Assembly: GCA_013152275.1 (NCBI GenBank)
Contig: JAADGS010000074.1
Span: 49,326-69,325, forward strand
Direction of reading: 5' to 3'
DNA: 20,000 bases
Source: Actinomycetota bacterium
GTDB lineage: Bacteria > Actinomycetota > Acidimicrobiia > Spongiisociales > UBA4744
Shown here: positions 8,950-16,357 of the stretch, piece after piece
How positions within the stretch are numbered: the first letter of the stretch is position 1
Layout: every line of letters starts with the position of its first letter
Notes under the pieces: generated by a model
What the model saw: only the letters and a program-made list of their open reading frames with translations
Told to the model about the DNA's origin: nothing
Database searches by the model: none
Program-made: the position numbers and the translations under genes

Positions 8950-9960
8950 GTGTTTCCTAGCAGCGCCCCGCGGCGGCGCGGACGTCGACGCACCGCCGCA
9001 GTTCTGAGCATCCTGACCATGGTTGTCCTCGTATTCCTGGCAGCCGGTCGGTTGCGTAGCGACACGCGCGCCTCGATCGCCTATCTCGTCGAGGCAAACG
9101 CGGCGGTTACAGGCTATCGGGACCTGGCTCAGCGATTCCAGGGGCAGATCTTGATGAAGCTGCCGGTCGCTCAGCGTGAGGATGTCCAGCTCTTGATGGA
9201 CCAGTACGTGGAGGATGCTGCAACTGAGGCGGCCGGGCTGAGGAAGATGAGCGAACCGGCATCGACCGCGGCGGCCGCGGCGGCGCTCGACCTCGCCTTG
9301 ATCTCGTGGGAAGATGGATTGCGATCGTTTACGCCGGGCCTGTTTGCTGTCGTGGACCGTCCAAAGGCGGAGGCGTCGGTGGAGGAGCTGTCCACGGCGC
9401 TGGCCGAATTGCAGGTAGGTGACCTGGCCTATGAGCGGTTCCTGGATGCGGTTGAGGAGCTGGGAACGAAGATCGACCTTCCCGTCGAGTTCCCTGCGGT
9501 CGCCTTTCTTCCGGCAAAGCTGGGGGCACTTCGTCACGCAACGGGAATCATGGCCGTCGTGGAGAATGCACAAGGTATGGCGTTACGACGCGACCTCGAG
9601 ATCTCCGCAGTGAAACTCGAACCACAAGAGGTGGGGACCGATGACAACGGAGACCTGATCCTTCCGGCCACGGAGTCGCTGTTGGTGCGGGCGAGTGTCG
9701 GCAACCTGGGAAATGAGAAGGAAAAAGACGTCCGGGTGTCGGTCACATTGCAGAGTTCCGATGGTTCGATCCTGTACCAGGAAACGACTGATCTGGGCAG
9801 TCTCGACCCGAGAGGCTCGACGACGGTGGACTTCTCTGCTCTGCCGGTGACTGCAGGCAAGCGCTACACGATCCTGGTCGCCGTCACCGTGCTCCCCGGT
9901 GATGTGGACACCGGCAACAACGTCCGCCAGATCAAGATTCGCGTGAACGAACCGTCTTGA
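8950..9960 (+). CDS. Hypothetical membrane-anchored protein with helical middle and C-terminal CARDB/Ig-like domain
   Basis: Basic stretch followed by a TM helix. Beta-rich C-terminus VRASVGNLGN...DVDTGNN. The ORF-track start overlaps the tRNA, so GTG 8950 was chosen. Confidence 0.65.
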   Translation: MFPSSAPRRRGRRRTAAVLSILTMVVLVFLAAGRLRSDTRASIAYLVEANAAVTGYRDLAQRFQGQILMKLPVAQREDVQLLMDQYVEDAATEAAGLRKMSEPASTAAAAAALDLALISWEDGLRSFTPGLFAVVDRPKAEASVEELSTALAELQVGDLAYERFLDAVEELGTKIDLPVEFPAVAFLPAKLGALRHATGIMAVVENAQGMALRRDLEISAVKLEPQEVGTDDNGDLILPATESLLVRASVGNLGNEKEKDVRVSVTLQSSDGSILYQETTDLGSLDPRGSTTVDFSALPVTAGKRYTILVAVTVLPGDVDTGNNVRQIKIRVNEPS

Positions 9961-9965
9961 TACCT

Positions 9966-10000
9966 TCGTACCTCGTATCTCGTAGTTCGTAGTTCGTATT
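9966..10000 (+). repeat. Five tandem heptamers TCGTANN
   Basis: TCGTACC TCGTATC TCGTAGT TCGTAGT TCGTATT. Confidence 0.85.
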
Positions 10001-10103
10001 CCGCCGTCAGCTCTCGCTCCTGGGTAGTTGACACGCCATCCTCTCGCCGGCCGCTTGGGAAATGTCGGCTGTCGATCCGGCTTGCGCCGTTAGCATCTGA
10101 TCC

Positions 10104-11360
10104 ATGATCGACCCGGCGATTCTTCGTGAAGATCCAGACCGTCTCAGACGCTCGCTCGCACGCCGAGGCGTAGAGCTGAGTGTCGACGAACTCATAGAAC
10201 TCGATCGCCGCAAGCGGTCGTTGCGTGCCGAGGCGGAGCAGATTCGTGCGAAACAGAAGGAGATGGGGAAGGAGATCTCTCGTCTCCAAGGGGAGGCGAA
10301 GCAGATGGCCATCGGCAAGGCGAAAGCACTCGCCGATGAGTATCAGCGGCTCCTCGCCTTGGCCGACGAGGCGGACGAACGATTCAACGAGTTGTGGGTG
10401 AGGGTTCCGAATTTGGCGCACGACTCGGTGCCTGACGGCTTCACCGACAAGGATGCCGTGGAAGTGAGGCGCTGGGGTGAGCCTCGCAACTTTGATTTCG
10501 AGACGCTGGATCATCAGGCTTTGGGTGAGGCGCTCGGACTGATCGACGTCGAGCGTGGAGTTCGCACGTCGGGCGCCCGGTTCGGGTATCTCAAAGGTCG
10601 GGCGGTCCTGCTCGAGATGGGTCTGGTTCGCTGGGCGATGGACATGGCCGTTGCAGAGGGTCTTACTCCGATGCTGCCACCGGTGCTGGTTCGAAGGGAG
10701 GCGCTGTTCGGAACAGGGTTCTTTCCCGACGATTCGGAGCAGGTGTACGCCGTGGAGAAGGACGACCTGTACCTGGTAGGCACGGCCGAGGTTCCTCTCG
10801 CCGCGTACCACGCCGGTGAGATTCTCGATGAGGAGATGCTCCCGGTTCGATACGCCGGTTTCTCGACGTGCTTTCGGCGCGAGGCGGGCACATACGGGAA
10901 AGACACGAGAGGGATCTTCCGAGTCCATCAGTTCGACAAACTGGAGATGTTCTCCTTCTGTCATCCGGATACTTCCTGGGAGGAGCACGAACGGCTGCTC
11001 GCATTCGAGGAACGGATCGTGCAGGGCCTCGAACTGCCGTACCGGGTGGTCAACATTCCCGTCGGAGATCTTGGTGCATCTGCCGCCAAGAAATACGATA
11101 TCGAGGCGTGGTTCCCGTCGATGGGTCGGTATCGGGAGATCACATCGTGTTCCAATACGACAGACTTTCAGTCACGACGGCTGAAGATCCGTTTCCGATC
11201 TGACGCGGGAAATCGACTGGTACACACCCTGAACGGCACGGTCGTCGCGGTGGGACGAACGATCCTGGCGATTCTCGAGAACCATCAGCAGGCAGATGGA
11301 ACGGTCAAGGTGCCCGCCGCTATCCGTCCCTATGTCGGGTTCGATGTGATCGGCCCGTGA
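10104..11360 (+). CDS. serS: Serine--tRNA ligase
   Basis: N-terminal coiled coil, GTAEVPL, motif 2 CFRREAG...RVHQFDKLE, EITSCSNTTDFQSRR and HTLNGT. Confidence 0.97.
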   Translation: MIDPAILREDPDRLRRSLARRGVELSVDELIELDRRKRSLRAEAEQIRAKQKEMGKEISRLQGEAKQMAIGKAKALADEYQRLLALADEADERFNELWVRVPNLAHDSVPDGFTDKDAVEVRRWGEPRNFDFETLDHQALGEALGLIDVERGVRTSGARFGYLKGRAVLLEMGLVRWAMDMAVAEGLTPMLPPVLVRREALFGTGFFPDDSEQVYAVEKDDLYLVGTAEVPLAAYHAGEILDEEMLPVRYAGFSTCFRREAGTYGKDTRGIFRVHQFDKLEMFSFCHPDTSWEEHERLLAFEERIVQGLELPYRVVNIPVGDLGASAAKKYDIEAWFPSMGRYREITSCSNTTDFQSRRLKIRFRSDAGNRLVHTLNGTVVAVGRTILAILENHQQADGTVKVPAAIRPYVGFDVIGP

Positions 11361-11977
11361 CCGAAGAGATCTTCTCTCGGATCGCCGGACGGTACGACCT
11401 TCTCAACCGTGTGCTGTCGTTCGGTCGTGAGCAGGCATGGCGGCGCTCAGGTGCCCGCTCTTTGCCGGAGGGCCGTGTCCTCGACCTCGGCGCGGGCACG
11501 GGTGCAGCCATGCCCGTATTCGGAGACCGTCAGGTCGTGGCGGTCGACCCGGTACCGCAGATGCTGGCGCTGAACCCGGCTTCGGCCAAAGTGGTGGCGG
11601 TGGGGGAGGCGCTGCCCTTCCGTGATGGGACCTTCGATGGAGTGCTCTCCGCGTATGTGTTCCGTAACCTGACATCGGTTCCCGATACCTTGAGGGAAGT
11701 GGCTCGCGTGTTGCGCCCTGGTGGAGCGCTCGTGGTGATCGGCCTCGGGCGGCCACGGGGACGGCGCTGGGCGACGGTCCATCGTATGGGGACTTCACTG
11801 GTCCTGCCTACGATCGGTGCGCTCGCCGGAGCCAGGGACGAGTACACGTATCTTCACCGGTCTCTGGACAAACTGCCGCCCCCCGAAGAGTTGTTTACCG
11901 AGGGCCCTCTGACCCTGGAACGCGTATGGCGGATGGGACCGCTCGGATTCGTCTACGGCGCGGTGCTTCGCAAGTAG
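11357..11977 (+). CDS. UbiE/MenG-family SAM-dependent methyltransferase
   Basis: IFSRIAGRYDLLNRVLSFG..WRR N-terminus, VLDLGAGTG motif I, LPF.DGTFD and RVLRPGG. GTGA overlap with serS. Confidence 0.8.
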   Translation: MTEEIFSRIAGRYDLLNRVLSFGREQAWRRSGARSLPEGRVLDLGAGTGAAMPVFGDRQVVAVDPVPQMLALNPASAKVVAVGEALPFRDGTFDGVLSAYVFRNLTSVPDTLREVARVLRPGGALVVIGLGRPRGRRWATVHRMGTSLVLPTIGALAGARDEYTYLHRSLDKLPPPEELFTEGPLTLERVWRMGPLGFVYGAVLRK

Positions 11978-11998
11978 ACGGGAAGCATTCGGCGGGGA

Positions 11999-12523
11999 TC
12001 AGAGATCGCCACGGAGCAGACCGTACTCCAGCAGGTCCGTCACGTGCCCTTCCTTCACGATGGCCTCACGCAGGCGGCCTTCGAGCCGGAACCCGCACTT
12101 CTCCAGGACGCGTGCCGACGCGGGGTTCCATCCGAAGACGGTCGCATACAGGCGGTTGACGGCAAAGGTGTCGAATACGTAACGGGTGAAGCGGCGCAGC
12201 GCTTCGGTCGCAACGCCTCGTCCCCAGACGTTCGGGGCGAGCCAGTACCCGACGTTTGCAGCGTGTTGCTGCTCGGCGGTCAGGAGGTGGGCGCCGATAC
12301 CTCCGACGACGGCCGATTCCACGACGATGGCGAAGTTGAATTGCGGGTCGCCTTCCTGAGAGCATTTGGCGATCCAGTCGGCGGCGTCGTCGATCGTGTA
12401 CGGGTGGGGGAAGAGGTCGGTCATGTTGCGCCAGATGCGCCGGTCGTTGGCGATGGCGGCAAGCCTGTCCCGATCGGTGCTCAGCCACGGCCTGAGGGTG
12501 CAGGAGCCCGTGTCCAGTTTCAT
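11999..12523 (-). CDS. GNAT N-acetyltransferase, RimJ/RimL-like
   Basis: VGYWL...WGRGVATEA and NPASARVLEKCGF motifs. Confidence 0.88.
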   Translation of the reverse strand: MKLDTGSCTLRPWLSTDRDRLAAIANDRRIWRNMTDLFPHPYTIDDAADWIAKCSQEGDPQFNFAIVVESAVVGGIGAHLLTAEQQHAANVGYWLAPNVWGRGVATEALRRFTRYVFDTFAVNRLYATVFGWNPASARVLEKCGFRLEGRLREAIVKEGHVTDLLEYGLLRGDL

Positions 12524-12586
12524 CCACCCAGACTACCGGGCGTCAACGCGTCTCTGGCTGTTGGCCGACAGCCGTGGGCCGGGAAC

Positions 12587-12859
12587 TGATCGTGCCCCTG
12601 CCGTCGACCGTCGGCCCGTCGGCGCTTTCCGGGTCGTTGGCTCCGGTCAGGCGACCCTGCGGCACCCAGGGCGGCCCGCTTAGGGCTGCTTCCTTCCGGA
12701 CCTGACCCGGTTCACGGTGCCCTGCCGCGCAGGACCCAACGTTCAACACCACGTGCCCGGTGCTGCCCGAAAGGCAGATGGCCTCGGGCAGGGTATTCGG
12801 CCCCGCATGGAGAGGGTTTCGGGTTCAGGGCACCCCTAGCGCCCCGCCTAGCACGATCA
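12587..12859 (-). ncRNA. ffs: SRP RNA, large bacterial type with Alu domain (~273 nt)
   Basis: Helix 8 GGTCAGGTCCGGAAGGAAGCAGCC. 5' region CGTGCTAGGCGGGG..TAG.GGTGCCCTG..CC resembles B. subtilis scRNA. A 9-bp terminal helix TGATCGTGC/GCACGATCA closes it, and TACCAT lies just upstream. Confidence 0.9.
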
Positions 12860-13014
12860 CCGGTGATGGTAATCGAGTCTGAAGGTTGCCAATTCGGCGC
12901 GGGTGGAGGGTCTCCGGTCGATCGAGTACGCCTCTGCCGACGCCGGCTCGTTCCTCGCCCAGCCCACTTCACCCCGAGCTGGAAGAGTGAGGCCCGTCGA
13001 GGGCAGGCGTCCAG

Positions 13015-13105
13015 CGGAGGGAGAGGGATTCGAACCCTCGAGGGCGTGGTAGCGCCCTACGGCATTTCGAGTGCCGCGCACTAGGCCAGACTATGCGATC
13101 CCTCC
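13015..13105 (-). tRNA. tRNA-Ser(CGA)
   Basis: GGAGGGA/TCCCTCC acceptor stem, CGGCA-CT-CGA-AA-TGCCG anticodon arm, long variable arm. Confidence 0.95.
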
Positions 13106-13163
13106 GGCAGCCAGAGATTGTACCGTTGCGGCACAGGGTTCCATCCTCTGTGAGAATGAGTAC

Positions 13164-14366
13164 ATGATTCGCTCTGAAGCAGGACTGCTCCGCACTGTCA
13201 TCGTCCACCGACCTGGCCTCGAACTAGATCGGTTGACTCCTTCGAACAAGGACGAGTTGCTCTTCGACGAGCTGATATGGGTGGAGAAGGCTCAGAACGA
13301 ACACGACGCCTTCGTCGCGACGATGATCATCGCAGGGGTCGATGTCCTCTATCTGACAAACCTCCTCGAAACGGTCCTGGCCGATGGCAACATCGCCGAA
13401 GCGTTCATCTCTGAGCAGGTCGGCGATGATCTGTGTGGACGCCGGCTGGCAGGCAAGGTGAGGGGACTTCTGACCGACCTGGACACCGGTGGGTTGGTGA
13501 ACCATCTCATCGGGGGTGTGAGTTTCGGGGATGTCGGGGAGACCGACGGCCTGGTGGCGGCGTTACACGGACCTGATGACTTCGTGCTTGCCCCGATCCC
13601 CAACGCGGTGTTCATGCGGGATTCTTCCGTATGGGTCGGAGATGGCGTGATCTTGAGTCCGATGAATCGTATCGTCAGGCGGAGAGAGACGGCATTGTTG
13701 AAACTCGTGTATCAGCATCATCCGCGATTCGCCGGGGTGCCGATCTGGTTCGGAGACCGGCCAGGAGATCACTTTCCCGCTTCGGTCGAAGGGGGTGACA
13801 TCCTCGTTGTCGGAGACCGAGGCTTGGCAGTCGGCATATCGGAACGGACGTCTCCATCGGGGGCAAGCGCGATGATCTCCAGACTGTTCGAAGAGGACGT
13901 CGTGGATCGGGTTCTGGCGGTGGAGTTGCCCAAGGGAAGGGCGACGATGCATCTCGATACGGTCGTGAGCATGGTCGATGGCGATGCCGTTGTGATATAC
14001 CCGAGGATTCAGGCCCGTGTCCGGTGCTTCAGGGTGACTCCGGGGGAGGGCGGTTATCCGAAGACCCGGGAAGTCGCGGGTCTGGCAGAAGGGCTTGCAT
14101 GGGCTGCCGGTATTCCCCGGATGCGAGTGATCGAACCGACGCTGAGGAAGGTGGAGGCCGATCGTGAACAGTGGAACGACGCCAACAACACGTTCGCGAT
14201 TGCTCCGGGTGAGGTCGTCGCGTATGAGCGTAATGTGGTGACCAACCGGATTCTCGAGGACGCCGGGGTCATCGTGCACCGCATTCCGTCCTATGAACTG
14301 CCACGAGGGAGGGGCGGACCGAGATGCATGACGTGCCCGGTAGACAGAGAACCCGTTGCGGGGTGA
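13164..14366 (+). CDS. arcA: Arginine deiminase
   Basis: RSEAGLLRTVIVHRPG, LLFD, PNxxFMRD, EGGD, MHLDT, EQWND and catalytic GRGGPRCMTCP. Start moved to ATG 13164 because the ORF-track start overlaps the tRNA. Confidence 0.93.
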   Translation: MIRSEAGLLRTVIVHRPGLELDRLTPSNKDELLFDELIWVEKAQNEHDAFVATMIIAGVDVLYLTNLLETVLADGNIAEAFISEQVGDDLCGRRLAGKVRGLLTDLDTGGLVNHLIGGVSFGDVGETDGLVAALHGPDDFVLAPIPNAVFMRDSSVWVGDGVILSPMNRIVRRRETALLKLVYQHHPRFAGVPIWFGDRPGDHFPASVEGGDILVVGDRGLAVGISERTSPSGASAMISRLFEEDVVDRVLAVELPKGRATMHLDTVVSMVDGDAVVIYPRIQARVRCFRVTPGEGGYPKTREVAGLAEGLAWAAGIPRMRVIEPTLRKVEADREQWNDANNTFAIAPGEVVAYERNVVTNRILEDAGVIVHRIPSYELPRGRGGPRCMTCPVDREPVAG

Positions 14367-14408
14367 ACCGGTGTTGAGGTTGGGCCATCGAGCGAGGAGA
14401 GGTGAGCA

Positions 14409-15326
14409 GTGCGTCGGCTGATCGTTGTGGCGCTTGCCCTGGTAGGAGCGAGCTGTGTTGCAGGACCGACCGTGCAGCCGACCTCGACGGCGCCTCCGCC
14501 CGCGGTTCCTTCCTCGCGGGTGCCCGAGCCGACCTCGACGGCGCCGCTCCAGCCGATGCCGACGAGTGGTCCGGACAGCGGCCATGTGACCGCCTACTTC
14601 TTGTTGGATGACGGCGGTGAGGCCAACCGCCCCGGTCCATCGCTCGTGCCCGTCGATCGAATCGCCCCGGATGACGGCCTGGCTTCGGCGTTGCGCGTCC
14701 TCCTCGAAGGGCCATCGCCGGAAGAACGTGAAGCGGTGCCTGCGATGACTTCCGCGATTCCTGCCGGAACCGAGCTTCTCGATGTCTCGGTTGCCGACGA
14801 AGTGGCCACGGTGGATCTATCAGAAGGATTCGAGTCGGGCGGCGGGTCTTTCTCGGTCAAGGCGAGGCTTGCCCAGGTGGTGTTCACCGCGACCAGGTAC
14901 GAGCATGTCAATTCGGTCATGTTCAAGCTGGACGGCGCGCCGGTAACTACGTTCTCCGACGAGGGTCTCGACCTGGAGGGAGTCCAGACTCGAGCGAATT
15001 ATCTGGACGTCCTCCCGATGATCTTTGTTGATCATCCGACCTACGAGGGTGTCTTGGGGAATCCCGCCCATCTCGAAGGGATGGCCGCCGTGTTCGAAGC
15101 AACGTTTCAGGCGGCGATCAGGGATGCGAAAGGACGGATCATTGCGGAGCCGCCGTACCTGATGACCACCAACGGAGTGGGCTGGGGAACCTTCGGCATG
15201 ACAGTCCCCTATGACGTCGATGAACCACAGTGGGGCAGCCTGATCGTGTGGGAGGATTCCGCGAGAGACGGTTCTCAGATCAACGTTCGCGAGTATCCGG
15301 TGTGGCTCACACCCACAGATAAGTGA
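14409..15326 (+). CDS. Lipoprotein with GerMN domain and C-terminal Gmad2 Ig-like domain
   Basis: GAGGAGAGG RBS, lipobox-like GASC, P/T-rich linker, LLEGP..SAIP.GT.LL..ATVDLS..AQVVFT, then G.AAVFEATF and SARDGS. Confidence 0.8.
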   Translation: MRRLIVVALALVGASCVAGPTVQPTSTAPPPAVPSSRVPEPTSTAPLQPMPTSGPDSGHVTAYFLLDDGGEANRPGPSLVPVDRIAPDDGLASALRVLLEGPSPEEREAVPAMTSAIPAGTELLDVSVADEVATVDLSEGFESGGGSFSVKARLAQVVFTATRYEHVNSVMFKLDGAPVTTFSDEGLDLEGVQTRANYLDVLPMIFVDHPTYEGVLGNPAHLEGMAAVFEATFQAAIRDAKGRIIAEPPYLMTTNGVGWGTFGMTVPYDVDEPQWGSLIVWEDSARDGSQINVREYPVWLTPTDK

Positions 15327-15452
15327 CAATCGTCGGCGCCCGTGGGCCGGTGAGAAGCCATCAGCGGAACGTCGCGTCGCTCGCCCCGCGGTTTTGCTTC
15401 GCATCATGACTGCGATGCAAAGCATGCAAGACGCGATCGAAGCGAGTTCCGG

Positions 15453-15911
15453 TCAGCGACGTGAACCGAAGAACTGTGACAAGAGCGTCGCGCTCTCGTC
15501 GGCCATGACTCCCGCCACGAGCTCGCATCGATGGTTGAGGCGGGCATCCTGGGGGATGTTGTAGAGGCTCCATGCCGCCCCGGCCTTCGGGTCGGGCGCC
15601 CCGTAGACGATCCGGTCGAGTCTGGCCCACACCGAGGCGCCCGCGCACATCGGACACGGTTCCAGTGTCACGACGAGCGTGTGCTCGTGCAGACGCCAGT
15701 CGCCCAGTTCTTGTGCTGCCGCCGAGATGACCAGCATCTCGGCGTGGGCGGTTGGGTCGGATCGTTCGAAGGTACGGTTGTGGTCGGCGGCGACGATTTC
15801 ACCTGCCGAGTCGATGAGGACTGCTCCGACGGGGACGTCGCCGTGGGTCGGCGCCTTGGACGCTTCGGAGAGGGCGGCACGCATCGCAGCGTCGAATCCG
15901 GTGTTGGTCAT
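15453..15911 (-). CDS. tadA: tRNA adenosine(34) deaminase
   Basis: DVPVGAV, DPTAHAE, TLEPCPMCAGA, DPKAGA and LLSQFF..RR. Start ATG 15911. Confidence 0.93.
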   Translation of the reverse strand: MTNTGFDAAMRAALSEASKAPTHGDVPVGAVLIDSAGEIVAADHNRTFERSDPTAHAEMLVISAAAQELGDWRLHEHTLVVTLEPCPMCAGASVWARLDRIVYGAPDPKAGAAWSLYNIPQDARLNHRCELVAGVMADESATLLSQFFGSRR

Positions 15912-15917
15912 CACCCC

Positions 15918-15924
15918 TACACTA
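15918..15924. promoter_or_regulatory. Overlapping divergent -10 hexamers (tadA and tRNA-Ser operon)
   Basis: TACACT on + at 15918-15923 and TAGTGT on - at 15924-15919, inside a 23-bp intergenic gap. Confidence 0.6.
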
Positions 15925-15934
15925 TGGGGATTCC

Positions 15935-16025
15935 GGAGGGATCGCATAGTCTGGCCTAGTGCGCACGCCTGGAAAGCGTGTAGGGGGTTCACGCTCCCTC
16001 GAGGGTTCAAATCCCTCTCCCTCCG
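15935..16025 (+). tRNA. tRNA-Ser(GGA)
   Basis: CACGC-CT-GGA-AA-GCGTG anticodon arm and GGAGGGA/TCCCTCC acceptor stem. Confidence 0.95.
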
Positions 16026-16051
16026 CAAGGACGCCGAGTGGTCGCGCCGCT

Positions 16052-16079
16052 TCGTAGTTCGTACCGAGTACTTTGTACC
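16052..16079 (+). repeat. Four degenerate heptamers NNGTANN in the tRNA spacer
   Basis: TCGTAGT TCGTACC GAGTACT TTGTACC. Confidence 0.65.
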
Positions 16080-16105
16080 GAGCGCGACGGCCCCGTCGTC
16101 GTGTT

Positions 16106-16194
16106 GGAGGGATGGCCGAGCGGACGAAGGCGGCAGTCTTGAAAACTGCTGAACCCCGTCAGGGGTTCCGTGGGTTCGAATCCCACTCCCTCCG
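16106..16194 (+). tRNA. tRNA-Ser(TGA)
   Basis: GCAGT-CT-TGA-AA-ACTGC anticodon arm and long variable arm. Confidence 0.95.
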
Positions 16195-16239
16195 CACGGT
16201 ACCCTGTACCGAGTGCCACGCCGGCGAAGCCGGTGTGCT

Positions 16240-16331
<92 letters not shown>

Positions 16332-16357
16332 AGAAGCCCGGCTTCTGCAGGGCTTCT
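16332..16357. terminator. Hairpin between convergent tRNA operon and mutase gene
   Basis: AGAAGCCC-N10-GGGCTTCT. Confidence 0.55.

Noticed and set aside
9961..10103. Possible T-box riboswitch upstream of serS
   Set aside because: No GGTGGNACC T-box motif, the region is short, and serS looks leaderless.
12860..13014. Spacer between tRNA-Ser(CGA) and the SRP RNA as a separate ncRNA or att remnant
   Set aside because: No tRNA 3' duplicate or recognisable fold. It is explained by tRNA trailer plus ffs promoter.
14477..14546. Direct repeat gccgacctcgacggcgcc in the lipoprotein gene
   Set aside because: In-frame PTSTAP duplication within an ordinary low-complexity linker.
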